Under the pieces are notes generated by a model, which saw only the letters and a list, made by a program, of their open reading frames with translations, made no database searches and was not told the origin of the DNA. Positions 40,301-57,211 of a DNA stretch of 64,000 nucleotides are shown here, piece after piece. The translations under genes and the position numbers were made by a program. Every line of letters starts with the position of its first letter. Position 1 is the stretch's first letter. Source of the stretch: the human T2T-CHM13v2.0 reference genome, Homo sapiens; the NCBI RefSeq assembly GCF_009914755.1, contig NC_060927.1; one strand, given 5' to 3'.

Positions 40301-40966
40301 CTGATAACCAGCCGTGGAAGAGCAAGAGAATAAATAAGCTCACAGAGAGTGGGGTCAAGAAGGCAGGGCAGACTGAGTTTTTACTTTTGCAATAGCAGTA
40401 GGGAGGAATACAAAAATATGACATAGCTCTAGTTACTTAGGAGACAACCATATATATTAGGTTACCATCAGCATGTAATCAGATAGTAACCAGAGCTGAA
40501 GGAAAAGTTTAAATTGTCCAAGGATTTCTCGGAGAAACTACAGAAGACATAGTATTGAGAGAGGCATTCATTCAGCATTCCTAAAATAGACCAATATAAA
40601 ACCCATATGTGACCTTCTTTATCCAGCAGTGTTTTTACTGCAGGGTCTCTGCAAATGAGGTTGGCAACCTGAATGAATTTATTCCTGTAATCATCTATTC
40701 TTCTCAGTGTTCTCATGCATTTACTGCAGACAAGCATGCACTACATCAGCTGGTAAAAAAGAAGAACTAGCACTGGTCATTGAAGCTTGCATTGCCAATA
40801 TCAACATTCCTAATACAAAACTTTTTAAATTGTTGGTGTATATATGGGTCCAGAGAAGGTGAAGACACAATTCACATGATGGAGTCTTTAGAAAGTCAGT
40901 TTCAAAAAACAGAACACTTTATTTGAACATAAATAACATTATTTTCACTATAACCTCAATTTAATA

Positions 40967-41744
40967 CAATCATGTGTCTCTTAATGATGAGGATATGTTC
41001 TAAGAAATATGTGATTAGGTTATTTTGTCATTGTACAAACATCAAAGAGTGAACTGACACAAACCTAGATGTTATACACCTAGGCTATTTGGTATAGCCT
41101 ATTGCTTCTAGACTATAAGCCCTTATAGCATGCTACTGTACTGAATACTATACACAACTCTAACACAATGGTCAGTATTTGTGTATCTAAGCATATGTAA
41201 ACACAGAAAAAGGACTGCCAAAATGCAGTATAAAAGACAAAAAAAATGGAATACCTATATAGGGCACTTACCGTAATTAGAGTTGGCAGAACTGGAAGTT
41301 GCTTTGGATGAGTGAGTAGGTACTATAGACTTTATAAACACTATAAACTTAGGCTACCCTAAATTTTTTTTAAAAATTTCATTCTTTTAATATAAATTAG
41401 CCTTACCTTCCTGTAACTTTACTTTATAAACTTATAATTTTTTTAAACTTTTTGACCCTTTTGTAATGACAACTCAAAACAAACACATCGTACAGATGTA
41501 CACAAAATTTTTTTTCCTTATATACTTATCTATAAGCCTTTTTCTATTTATTCCTTCTAATTTTAAAACTGTTTTTGTTAAAAACTAAGACACAAACACA
41601 TGTATTACCCAAGCCCTACACAGAGTCAGGATCATCAAGACATCCCCAGGCGATAAGTAATTTTTCAGCTCCATTATAATCATATGGGGCCACCATTGTA
41701 TATGTCATCCCGTCACTGACTGAAACTTACATGGTGCATAACTG
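40967..41744 (+). mobile_element. Tigger3 (Golem/MER7)-type DNA transposon
   Basis: ta|caatcatgtgtc.cttaatga...gttctaagaaat...cacaaacctagat...gcataactg|ta. Confidence 0.85.
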
Positions 41745-43054
41745 TATAAGGTTAGTGTTTCTTAGTTCCACCCAAGGATTGATAAGCAGATATGGTGGAC
41801 AACAATAATCTGCCACTCTTCCTCCTGCCTTTGCCTGCCAACAATCTGTCAGTCTTGGCAGCCATGTTTCATTATGTGACCCAACCTACCCTTGTAATGG
41901 TTTATTGAACAGGAGTCCAAACTGAACCAGTCAGATACTCTCCTGTGAGAATAAGAGATTGAGATTGAGAGAGAAAATCATGGGGCAAAAATATTCTGTC
42001 ATTTGGACAGAAGAAAGAAAGAAAGGATAAAAGGTAAAAAAAGAAAAAATAAAGGATGGAAGTAGAGGCAGGGAGAGAAGGAAGCAAAGATGAGAGACAG
42101 ATTTCAGATTTTCTGGAAATTTTCCCCTTCCTGAAGACTAGCTACATCCAAAAATGATACACTCCTGCATCTTTAAAATAAAATTCCCTTATTAATTACT
42201 TAAACTAGGATGGATTGTTTTGGTTGTGCAGAACAGAGAACCCTGACTTAAATGACTACCAGAAGAATCATAAAGTAAAACCAAAGTAACTTTCTTTATA
42301 AGGAAACTCCAAAGTATAGATTCCCAGAGAATTCTTTTAAACAGCAGTAGAGCGTTGATCTGTAACTCTCATAATTGCAAATTAATATTCTTGCATAGGC
42401 ATATATAAGTGAGTTGTTCTAGCATGCTTTTGAAGTCATCTCCTCAAAAAAAAGCTAAAATCTCTTGTTTATTTTTTAATCACTTAAGTTTCTTAGTTTA
42501 TTTGCTTTAAGTTTAGCTGTGCCAGTTTTGCCAGCAAACAATTATTTATAATTGATATAGCTTTAGGGAAAAGCTCATCTTAAAAAGAAAAAAGCTGGCA
42601 TTTCAGAGAAAAAGTCATTTATTTCTGGTCCTTGCCAAGTTTCAATAAGTGTATCATACTGTCTTCTTGAGATTTATGCACTGTTTGCTGTACTTCATTT
42701 GGAAAATTTGCATTTTTCTCTTATGCACTCAAGCTAGGAGGCACAAAACAAGAGTTACAAGGTTTGTTTGACATGAGATGTCTAACAGTAATTTTCTTTC
42801 ATCAACTTTATTCTCTTACAGTTCCAATCCCCAAGGGCAGATTTTTCATTAGATTTTGTAAAATATTTTATAATAACTGCCTTACCTTTGGGAAAGTTAC
42901 TGCCACAATATTTCAAAAGATTTGTCACAACTTTGTCCATAAGAAAGGTATCATTCTTATGCCCATTGTGAGTTAATATTACCCATGTACCCATTTTCAC
43001 ATTAATTCAGAAAATTACAATGCACCTAACATGGCTAGCTTTGGTGAAGGTAAT

Positions 43055-44400
43055 GCTCATTCAGATATTCACCAAACACTTATTGAGGACCTACTATGCT
43101 TTAGGCATTCTTACAGATAATGGGCATAACTATGAACAGAAAGATTTGTATTCTGTACTTGTGAAAAATATAGGCTAGATGAGGGACACAGACAAGAATT
43201 CAGAATAATAACTGCTAAAACTGTGAGAATATTATCAGAAAAAGGATACTTGCTCAATAGTTGGGGCTCAACAAAGACTTCTTAGCATAATCTATAATGA
43301 TGTTCAATGTAGCATAATGATTTTCAGTCACAATGATGTTCAATGTTGGCCTAGTCTGTTGCGTAGGAACATCATACTGGTATGGAGCGTGGGTGAAATT
43401 ACTGTTCTGGATAGAAAAAAGAAAGCATATACAAATTTCCCTGCAGTGAGTTAGAATATAAGCATAGAGAATCTAAAAATTTCTAGCATTACTGAAACAT
43501 ACAAGGGACTCAAGAGACGTGGAGAAAGAGAGAAGAGGTGGAAGGAAGTCATACAATTCCGTGAAGGGAAGATTCATTAAGAGGTCATCGCTGTTGTATA
43601 GGAGATACTAATGGACTAGGCCAAAGCAGAGGAAGCAAAGCTGAAGGGAAGTGAAAGGAGCTATTAGTTATCAAAATCTTATCAATGGACTTGGAATTAA
43701 CTAGATGAGAGGCTGAGGAGTGAAGGATGACCCACGTGTATTTATGGATGACCCTGAAGATACAATTTAAAATGATTCAAACTACGCTGAATTAAGGAAC
43801 ATTCATTTATTAATTCAAACATGCCATTGGATACCTACCGTATGCCAGGTATTGTTTTGGAAGCTGGCACCTTGAACACAAGTAACAACCTATTTGTTTT
43901 CATTAAGTTTCTATTGTATGGGATAGAAAAATATACACCGGTTTTAGTTTATTTCATCAAGAGAATAAAACAGATCAACAGACACCTTTCTAGGATGAGA
44001 TCCTATTTTAGGTGGAATAGTCACAGAAAACCTCTCTGAGCAACATTTGCAAAGAGCCACGTTAAATGAGGAGCAAGCCATGCAAAAGTCTGGAATGTTT
44101 CTAGAAGAGGAACATCAATATCCTAGGGTGGAACAAATGAGAGTGTGGTTTAAATGTGGTGAAAATGTTAGGAGATAAGACTATATGGAGGGATAGGCAG
44201 TAAGATAGGAGATGAAGGCCAAAATAAGGGGTTTGCATCCCATGCCAACTAATATAGGGAGTTACGAACAGGCTTTAAACAGAGGAGTGACAACTGATTT
44301 ATATTTTTATAAGATAACATTGGCAACCAGAGGACATTGGCTATAGAGAGTTAAAGACAGGGAGATCAGTGAGAATATTAATGCAATCTTCCAGAAAAGA
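43055..44400 (-). mobile_element. L2 fragments
   Basis: Two L2 3' ends (near 43060 and 43800) followed by L2 body motifs. Confidence 0.65.
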
Positions 44401-44434
44401 CAATCACTAAGTTATGGTATTAAGGACTCAATCA

Positions 44435-44725
44435 CTGCATTAGAATGCAGGATGGCTACTATGACACGATCCGACATAGCAATAGATTAAACAAAATAAA
44501 CGTTGACCTCTCTCTCACTTAGCATGTAAGTGAACACAATCCAGAATTTAGTTGTGTCCAGAGGGTAAAAGGTACCTAGGCTCCTTCCATTGTGCTGTTC
44601 TGCCTTTCTCAACATGTCACTTTGTATTTACTGGTCTAAGATAAATGACCCAGCTCCTGCCATCAAGCTAGCGTTCAAGCCAATGAGACTCAAAGAAGAA
44701 AGACAGAAAATGAAAGCACACCCTT
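44435..44725 (-). mobile_element. Old MLT1 (MaLR) LTR, first half; appears to resume at about 48450-48600
   Basis: Degenerate MLT1J/K-like motifs on both sides of the nested L1s. Confidence 0.5.
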
Positions 44726-44840
44726 GTTTGTTTATTTAATAATTAATATGTGAAGATCATGTCTTAAATTTGCATTTCTTTTATAATAAGCTTCAACATT
44801 TTCTAATGACAGTTTGTATTTCTATTTTTGAGAATTACCT

Positions 44841-47521
<2,681 letters not shown>

Positions 47522-47599
47522 TGAGAATTGCCTTTTTGGAACATGATTGACTTTTAATTATTACCATTGGTCTGTACTGTAAATAAAGTCATCTTTCTT

Positions 47600-48440
47600 T
47601 TCATCAAATTTATTCAGATATATATACTTTACATACAATAAATCACAAATATGTTAAATTTTACATTTCAATGACTTTGACAAATATATGCTGTATGTCT
47701 GTGTAACTACTACTAGAATGAAGATATATTAGAATTTTATATGTAGATAAATCAAGTAAATATATATATAAATCAAGACTTATCTATATCTACAATCCTA
47801 TAAAGTTTCTGCCTATCCCATCCACTTGAAATCAATACTCTCACCTACATGAAGCTCCAAGATAAATATAGATATATTTATCTATACATAAAATTCCCAA
47901 AAAGTTTCTGCCTACCCTATGCACTTGCAATCAATACCCTCACCCACCTGAAGCTCCAAGAAACCACTGATCTGCTTTTAGCCACTAAGGAATAATTTTT
48001 CTGGTTTTAGAATTCATTATAAATGGAATCACACAATTTGTACTCTCCCATGTAAGTCTTCTTTAACTCAGCATAACATTTTTGTGATTTACCCATGTTA
48101 ATATGTGTGTCACCAGTTTGTTCCCTGTCATTACTGAGGACTATTCTACTGGATAAATATAACATAATTTATTTATATAATTACTCTTTAATGAACATTT
48201 AATTGTATCCAGTTTGTGTCTATTATTAATAAATATGCTGTAAACATTTATGTGCAAGTCTTTGTGTGGAAGCATTGTCATTTCCTTTGGATGAATTGTT
48301 AATTTCTCTTGAGTAAACATCTAGTACCAGAATTGCTGAGTAGTATGGTAAGTTTATATTTAACTTTATAAGAAACTGTCAAACTGTTTTCCAAAGCATT
48401 TCCACCAGCTATGTATAAAGTTCTAGTTGCTGCTCCACTT
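47600..48440 (-). mobile_element. Old L1M 3' fragment containing a diverged 99-bp-period duplication
   Basis: aaccactgatctgcttt...ataaatggaatc...aactttataagaaactgtcaaactgttttccaaag. Confidence 0.8.
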
Positions 48441-48934
48441 TTTTAATAAGCATGATCTGAAAGTTGCATGATGGCTTCAGCGTATATCCCACTGAAAAGA
48501 GATTAGTCATTGAACCCCATCTGCCTCCTACAAAAGGAGCTAGAGATATGGTCTGTAGATGAGATGCCAGGTGCTCATCTAAAACTCATGGTTTCTATTA
48601 CACAGAAAGAAAGACAAAAAGAAAGTGTTGGTGATTGACTTCATCTGAAGCAGAGGAATTAAAACGGGCTTCCAGATTTTAGGTGGATGTTAATGCTATT
48701 AACTGATTTGACATGTTGAATTTGAGATGTTAGACATCGAAGTGAATGGGTAAGTAAACTGTTTAGTGTACCAATCTGAAGTTCAAGGCAGAGATTAAAG
48801 CTGGAAATATAAACTTGGGAATAATCATCATACTAAAGGAACTTAAAGCCATGGGATGGAATGAGGAATAAATGTAGGATATTGTTTCCATCCAATGATG
48901 CAATGATTTCATGAACTATTTTCAGAGACCAAGA

Positions 48935-49250
48935 TGTAAGTATAACTAGAAGAATGTTAGCTAGCCTAAAACAAAACAAAACCCCCTTTTGCCCCTCTTT
49001 CCCTGGACAATGGAGTACACCACTTAAGGATTACATTTTTCAGCCTCCCTTGCAGCAAAGTCTAGCTATATGAATAAATTCTTACCAGTGAAATTTGAGT
49101 GACATAGTCCCCCTGCCAGTCTGGATGCTCATCTTCAGAGAAACCCTAAGTAAAAGGAAAAATTAACTTCTATGTTATTTAAGCCACTATATTTAGATTT
49201 TGTTTGTTTAGCAGCTTAAGCTCCTTTTAGCATCTTAACCAATTCATGAG
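48935..49250 (+). mobile_element. Old MLT1 LTR remnant
   Basis: ttacattttt.cagcctcccttgcagc and ttatttaagccactatattt motifs. Confidence 0.55.
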
Positions 49251-50659
49251 GCATATCAAATAATTTCTTATGCTCAAGTAACAAATTTCCATTGCTACTT
49301 ATTTTATTCATTTTTATTGATTTTATCATGATCTTGCTTATTTTTTACCAAAATTGCTTATTTGGGTTTATTTATCAAAGAGTGGGTTAAGTTGCTAGTA
49401 TTTATAAACTGCTCCAAGAAATAAAGTAATAATGTTATCTTGCAGAATGTTAATAAATATTTTCTTCACGTACTTGTGATTCTTTCCAGTCATTGCCTCA
49501 ATTAGTTCTTGATGCTAGAGTGAAAATAAAAGTTAATGTAGTTGTTTGCGTTTCACTGAAGAAGAAACTAGAGATATTAAATTATTTGTCCATAATAGCA
49601 AACCAAGTTAATGGAAAAGGTGGAAGTAAAATGCAATTATCTCACTTCTATTTTATTGAACTATTAGATTACAAGTCACAACTAATTAAAAACATGATAC
49701 AAGAGCTAAAGCCGCGTAACCTTTTTATGGTGAAGACAGCCTAAAAATTGCCCTTCCACATGTTTCACATTTTATATCCATAAAATGTTTCTTGTAAAAT
49801 TATGCTTATTGAACTTTTTCACTAAGTTTAAATAGATGTAAAATAGATACAGATAGATAAATGAAAATGTAGAAAGTATTTTAAAAGTAGAATATATATT
49901 TTATCCAGATTTTCCATACATACCAAAATCTGTTTATATCTGGATGTATTCTCTTCCAATTCTTTCTCTATTTATATAACTAATACTTTACTTTTTACAT
50001 AACTATAATTAATTAAGTATAAATTCAGATGGCATTTAGTATATACAGTGCTTCTCAACACAAGTGAAATTCAGCAGAAATCCATTGGGTGGAGTTGTAC
50101 CATAACTGAACGTTTCAAAGGGTTTTTCAGTGTTCTCTTTTTAATTTTTTCCTCAATCTTTACAAAGCTAATGGCTAAGCAATATTTGCTATTCGAAGAC
50201 TTTAAAACTGTTTTATCCCCACTGGAAATAGTTGGAGATTGTTGGCTTAGGTGTTATTTTCTTTCTGATTGTATCAAGTAGAAGCCACATGCATATGGAC
50301 ACAATTTAGGATTTAATAATCTTGACAAAGAATACAGTTGCTTATTTTCCCCCAAAATAAGCAGATTAGAGAGGTTAAGTAGAAAATAACAATTGACTTG
50401 ATAAAAAATGCTATTCTGTCCTTTCATCTCTCAAACTCATTTTTTTTTTCTGCCATTGGGAAGAGAGGTAAGAATCTAATATTCCAAATCCTCTGAGACA
50501 AAAGGTTACACGGCCCAAAGAAGCAAGCCTTCATTAATGTTGATTCATTCTAATAGATGCTACAGAAAGCTGCCAAAAACTTGACATATTGAGAAATTAG
50601 TTCCTCAATAAAAGGTTTATTCCTGCATGCAGAATCAGGTTAATCTCTCTCTAGCAGTA

Positions 50660-50790
50660 TTTCTGACTTAAGTGCTCATAAATATCAAGGGTCCAATCAT
50701 GGAAATTCTGATTTAGTCGATCCGAGGTGGACCTCAAGAATCTGTTCATTTCAGGAACACCTGCAATGGTCCAATCATCATATATGGAAG
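50660..50790. mobile_element. MER5A-like hAT element
   Basis: aattctgatttagt...gaggtgg.cctcaagaatctg motifs. Confidence 0.5.
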
Positions 50791-50824
50791 CACCACCCTG
50801 ATGGAAGGACAAATTAGATGAGTA

Positions 50825-50874
50825 AGTTAGCTCTGTCTTGTGAGCCATGAGTTAGCTCTGTCTTGAGAGCCATG
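50825..50874. repeat. 25-bp tandem duplication (1 mismatch)
   Basis: AGTTAGCTCTGTCTTG(T/A)GAGCCATG x2. Confidence 0.95.
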
Positions 50875-53800
50875 GAAGGAAATAGAGGCATATTAAAACC
50901 AACCTCTGGTTCAAGCATCCCAATTAACTCTAATACACTTATCCTCTGAGAGGAGACCTAACATTTTCTCTTTTACTTTCTAAAGCTTGTTCCCTAATCC
51001 TCTCAGAAATGCTCCAGTTATTTATGCAACTAGAAGAATGAAGGCCAAGATTGAAATGGAAAAAAATAATATGGGGATTTATAGATCAAACTAGATGGGT
51101 GTTTCCTTTGGCTTTTTAAGAATGAGTAAAGTTATTTTTTAGAAGGAAATAATGTTCTTGAATATCACATGCTTTAATTTTAAGTTTTATAAATAACAGT
51201 TATAGGTTCTGGTACTAACTGGTTTTACTTGCAATACTGGTCTTTTTATACAGAAATGAGGATGTGAATGCTCTTTTACTGGGTGTACAATAACAGGCAG
51301 GAGTGCCAGAGTTAGAAAAGCAGCCTAGTACCATGGAAAAATTATAGAGTAAATAATTCTGAGATCTGAAGTGGAATCCTGGCTCCTCATGCAGCAACAA
51401 TGGACAGATTCTTAGCATTCATTTATAAAATATCAGCAATAGTGATTTCTAACCTTGTCAGGTTGTGATGAGGTTCACAAGAGTGCACATAATAAAAATA
51501 CTTTGCAAACTGTGAAGTTTGGAAAATCACAATAACCTTGTTTCTAGTGATGCATTCTCACTTCCAAGTCACTATCAAAAGTACCACCAAAAACTGTGCA
51601 TACGGATTGAAGGCTGAGGGTTCCCTTCAATTTTAGCTTATTTTGCCTTTTTGTCTATGCATATCATAAATTGCAAATTTGGAAGAGCTATTGCAAGAAT
51701 AGGGAATTAAGAGAGAAAGCCATGTAGCCTACTTTGGTTTGAGGAATTGGCTTACCTGGCATATAAGGAAACTTCTGCATGACATATATGGAACCTTCTC
51801 CCTCTAGCTTCCTGGAGTCTACTTTAAGGCTTGGGTACAAACCTCAGTGAAAGTATTTCTGTGTTTTATTTTGCCTCCATTGTACCTTACTCAAAAATCA
51901 CTTGAGGAAGAAGACAGTTGTCATGGCATGATTGCGGAATTCATTGTTTTCCTGGCAAAATTTCTCCTTACTAGTGCTCAATCTAATCCATGCAAAAATA
52001 CAGTTCCTGAATAGATCTAAGTTATGCTGACTGTATGTTTGTTTGCCCTCATAACCATCTTTAGTCTTTATCTGCCCTACAGTCTTGCAGTGGAGCTGAC
52101 TGTTGCAGGATACATTTCCCTGGCTCTGTGTCAGCTACTCCTACCTGGGTTCTGTTGTTGAATGTATAAATGAATGACAATGGAAATCTCTTTGCATAGT
52201 TGTAAGCCTGAGTGATTGAGAGAATCAGGATTTCTATGCTGTGCAACTCCTAGGGGCGACATTGACCTTGAAGCACACTTCAGTGGCACATAGGATGGCA
52301 CAGAATGTAGCTCCTGTAGCCATGTGTAGCAACAAGACATGAGGCAGAAGTCTGCCGGCATTAGATTGAGCACTAGCAGGGAGAAATTAGCAGTAAAAAT
52401 GGTATTTTCTTTACCCAGATTGGGCTTATTTTTAAGTAGCACCACTTCATTTTGTATTGCTTTGTTTTGTTGAAACTAAGCACAAATGCTTTGGCATGTG
52501 AAAAACGTTTATGGTTTATGAATGAGAGTATGTAACTGATTAAGTAAAAATAAACTTCTAAAATAGACTTGATGATAATGACACCCTAATGTCTTTAAAG
52601 TTTTGTTAATGAACATTTGAATTGAACAAAGTTACTTTAGAAATTTTTCTTGCCCTTTTCTTCCTGAGAGCAAAAATATGAGGAAGACAGAGATAGGGAA
52701 AAATTACTTCAGGAATATTTTATTTAAGTCCTGTGAAAAGCAGAGACCATTTGTGTCTCCTTTAAAAAATGCTGCTATGTTTTTCCTTTTCACAGGTCTT
52801 ATGTTAAATAAAATATTGCCACAATGTCATATCTGGTTATTGTTATTGGAAAAGACCAGGGAGTAATGCCCAATGCTCTTGTCTGACATGGAAAGGATGG
52901 CATTGCTCATTTTTTTCCCTTTTTTAAATTGAAACCTTGAGTATTTAATTTATAAACATAAAGCATTCAACTACTCACCTTAAGAATTGCTAAGATATTA
53001 GTCGTGAAGAAGAGGTTCTTGGTGGTAAAAAAAAAAAAAAAAAAAAAAAATCTGACTCCTTTCTACAAAATGCTTTCTCCTACATCTCATTTGTCTTCGC
53101 TGACTGCATTTTCTTTGCATTTTTCTGGGTTTTTCTTACAGCCATCAATTGACTTGCTACGTTTTGTTTGAATGAAGAACCCCACCCTGAGTTTGTCAAT
53201 GTTCACAAGTCACCTCACATACACTGTATGGATGGCCCATGAAATTCTTTTAAAAATAAATAAAATTTTATTTCTATCCCATTCCAACATATGCACATGC
53301 ACAAAAACACACTTTTTTCTTTTTCATGTCATGAAAAAAATTATCAGAATGGATTATTCCCTTACTTTATCTTCTTCGAAAGATTGCCTGGTCTCATATA
53401 TTAATATTTCATTCCCAAATGTAACATGTCAAAGTAGAGAGTTGTGTTGACCAGCAAGAAGTCAGAGGGTAAGAAATTTTTCTGCTTCCAGGAAAACTAT
53501 TGTTAGCACAGTAGTCAATAAATAAGAGAGAAAGGCAGGAGAGAGCCTTTTATGCTGAGAGAAATGCAGATGATGACAAAACTTATAAGGCTAAGAAAAA
53601 ACAAATCATCTTTAGAAGAACTTTCACTTGAAATGGCTTTGCCTTTCAAAAGGAAAAATGTCCTGCTGAATCAGCTTCATTTGGAGAAATAAAAAAAAAA
53701 ACTCATATGATTTTCAAAATACTAAACAAACTCACTTGCAAAAAAAAAAAATTAGGTTACATTTGTTTGCTTGTAAAAATAAGTTTAAGCTCAGCAAATT

Positions 53801-54639
53801 GCAAATTAAGGAGACAACAATCAAGCAGAGAGGATAGGGGTAAAGAAACAAAGCATGTTTGGGCTGGCAGCATCCTAACATCTAAAAGAAAAATGCACAC
53901 AGTTGGTAGTGTGCCCATTTTGTTCTGGCACTTTGTTTCATGAATGTGCTACAAGATGAGAAAAAAAAATGAACGAGCTTCAATTCTTGTTCAGTCATAG
54001 AGCTGTTCAGTCAAGCAAGATTACAGATAATGAATCTCTACAATGGAAAACTGATTTGTGGGCTCTCAAATTTTTCATTTTGTTTATGTTTCAGAAATGT
54101 GTAGCTGTGTCAGAACGTCTTACCCATTTTTAAGAATATTTTATCACAGCAAAAAAAGATAACTTGACTTTAACTGTGAAATGCAAATTCATTTTATCTT
54201 GAAGTGTCAGATATAGTATTGTTCAGTCTACAACAAATATAAAAAGGCATAAGATTCTTTAAAGGGCCCAATAACATTGTCAATAATATGCTTTTATTAT
54301 GGAAAATAAAATATCTTCACTGCTTCAGAAAATTATTCAGTCTGGATTTTTATGAACTTTAGAATTATAGGCCTTAAATTATGATATGTATGTCCTATTA
54401 GCTAGAAAATATTTTCTATACCTAGTGAATTTTATTATGTAATATATATAAACCTACTGTATAAATATTTAATGAACATTTATTATCACTAACTGGTTGG
54501 ATTTATTACCTAAAGAATTATGATAGCACGTGAAAAAAATTCTTAGATATCTGATATTTGCAACCTCTTAGCAGAATTTTAGGACATGTGTTATACCAGA
54601 AGTAAATTGTTCTTAAGTAGTCAGGGCATTATCACAAGA

Positions 54640-55010
54640 TGTTATGATTTGAATATTTGTCCCCTCCAAAACTCATGTTAAATATTAATCCCCTATGTGA
54701 CAGTATTGAGGGATGGGGCCAGATTTTTAAGAAGTGATTGGGTTATTAAGGTTCTGCCCTCATGAATGGGTTAATCTATTCATGGATTAATAGATTAATG
54801 AAATACTGGATTAATGGGTTATCATGAGAGTGGAACTGGTGGCTTTATAAGAAGAGTAAGAAAGAACTGAGCTAACAATTAGCGTGCTCAGCCCCCTCAC
54901 CATGTGATGCCCTATGCTACCTTGAGACTCTTCGGAGTCCCCACCACCAAGAAGGCTCTCACCGGATGCAGACACTGGACCTTAAACTTCTCAGCCTCTA
55001 TTTAGTAAGA
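54640..55010 (+). mobile_element. MST (MSTD-like) MaLR LTR, 3'-truncated
   Basis: tgttatgatttgaatatttgtcccctccaaaactcatgtt...gccctcatgaatggg...caccatgtgatgccct. Confidence 0.85.
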
Positions 55011-55589
55011 AAAAAAAAATTCTCACTTACTCACTCATGCACTCACTCATTCATTCACTAAACATTTTGTAAATACTTTGTAGCAATAAATTTCTAATAC
55101 CACACAATAACAACTCCCATTTATAGAGTACCAATTGTATGTCAGGGATTGTACCTTTGCAGTTTCAGAAAATTTAATAAACTTGCTAAAGTTTTCAGAA
55201 CTACTAAGTACAAGCCCAGTCCATTTAAATCCCAGTATATCTACAACTGAAACTAATGGTCTTTCAACCACTCTAAGCTGCTTCCCTTCTACTATTGTCT
55301 ACTCTTGTCAGTAGCTTGCACTCTGGTGCTAGAGGTAGGGAACATAATTAAAATTAACATATACTGTTATGTGGTAGGTACTCTGAAAGAGCATCAAGAA
55401 AATCTGACTGAAAAAAGATTGACTGAGATGGGCGCTGGAGTATAAGCCAGAGTTTCACAGGTAAAGGAAGGATGGGAATTTTATGCCATAGGGGGAGACC
55501 TTAGCATGTGCAAGGTCATGGAGGTAAGAGAAAATATGGTATACTCAACAAGATTATTATGTATTCATAGTGACACAGAATTTACACCA

Positions 55590-56473
55590 TTTTTTTAACT
55601 TTTATTTTAGCCTCATGGATACACATGCTTGTTTGTTACAAGGGTATATTGCATGATGCTGAGGCTTGAGGTATGATTAAACCTATCACCCAGGTAGTGA
55701 ACATATTACCCAATAGGTAGTTTTTCTAGCCCTATTCCCCCTCCCTCCCTTTCTCCTCTAGTAGTCCTCAGCATCTACTGTTCCTGTGTGTCCATGTGTA
55801 CTCAGTGTTGAGTTCTCACCTATAACTGTGAATATTCAGTATTTGGTTTTCTGTTTCTGCATTAATTCGTTTAGGATAACTCTCTCCAGCTACAACCATG
55901 TTGCTGCAGAGGAAATGATTTCATTCTTTATGGCCGCATAGTATTCCGTAGTGTATATGTACTACATTTTCTTTATTCAATCCACCATTGATGGAACCCT
56001 AAGTTGATTCCGTGTCTTTTTTATTGTGAATAATGCTGCAGTGAACATACACGTGCATGTGTCTTTTTGGTAAAATGATTTGTTTTCCTTTGGGTATATA
56101 CCCAGTAGTGGGATTTCTGGGTTAAATAGTAGTTATCTTTGTAGTTTTTTTAGAAATCTCCAAACTGCTTTCTAGAGTGGCTAAACTAATTTACATTTCC
56201 ACCAACAGTATATAAGCATTCCCTTTTCTCCGCAGCCTCACCAACATCTGTAATTTTTTGACTTTTTAATAATAGGCATTCTTACTTATGTGAGATGATA
56301 TCTTATTGTGGTTTTGATTTACATTTCGCTGATGACTGGTGATGATAAGCATTTTTTCATATGCTGGTTGGCCACTTGTATGTCTTGAATTGTCTGTTCA
56401 TGTCCTTTGCTCACTTTTTAATGGAGTTATTTGATTTTTCTTGTTGATTTCTTGCTGTTTAAATTCCTTATAG
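55590..56473 (-). mobile_element. L1PA15/16-like 3' fragment
   Basis: gtttgttacaagggtatattgcatgatgctgagg...cacccaggtagtga...cccaataggtagttttt. Confidence 0.88.
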
Positions 56474-56477
56474 TACC

Positions 56478-56916
56478 GTGAACTCCAAATATATAAGACA
56501 GGTATCAGTTAATTTAGAAAGTTTATTTTGCCAAGGTTGAGGGCCCGTACCCGTGACACAGCCTCAGGAGGTCCTGACGACACATGCACCAGAGCACAGC
56601 TTGGTTTTATACATTTCAGAGAGACATGAGACATCAGTCAACATATGTAAGATGAACATTGATTGGTCCAGAAAAGCGGGCCAACTCCAAGCAGGGAAGG
56701 GGCTTCCAGGTATAGGTAGGTAAGAGACAAATGGTTGCATTTTTTTGAGTTTCTGATTAGCCTCTCCAAAGAAGGCAATAACATATGCATTTATAAGTGA
56801 GCAGAGGGGTGACTTCGAATAGAATGGGAGGGAGGTTTGCCCTAAGCAGTTCCCAGCTTGACTTTTCCCTTTAGCTTAGTGATTTTGGGATCCCCAAGAT
56901 TTATTTTCATTTCACA
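56478..56916 (-). mobile_element. MER4A-family ERV1 solo LTR
   Basis: Minus strand begins TGTGAAATGAAAATAAATCTTGGGGATCCCAAAATCACTAAGCTAAAGGGAAAAGTCAAGCTGGGAAC. Confidence 0.88.
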
Positions 56917-57211
56917 ACACAATCTACCACTATTTATTGACACTAAATGGATGAATAAAATGTGGTCCTTGGACTCAAATATTGTATTGTCTTTTAGAAA
57001 ATAAATCCAATAAACAACTAGTTATTTTAAACTAATATAGATAATAATCTAAGATTGTATATCAGGGCCACAACAGAAGAATTAGTTTCAAATGAGAATT
57101 TTAATAAAAAACTTCTAAGAAGTAACATTTGAAATGAGTATCAAAAAACGTTTAAAAGTTCACTAGGCACTTTCTGCTTCCAATTAGGACACAAAAGACC
57201 TTAGCTCTTAT

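Noticed and set aside
40468-40737. 89-aa ORF in apparently unique DNA (possible pseudogene)
   Set aside because: No recognisable family, poly(A) or TSD; a tBLASTn search would be needed.
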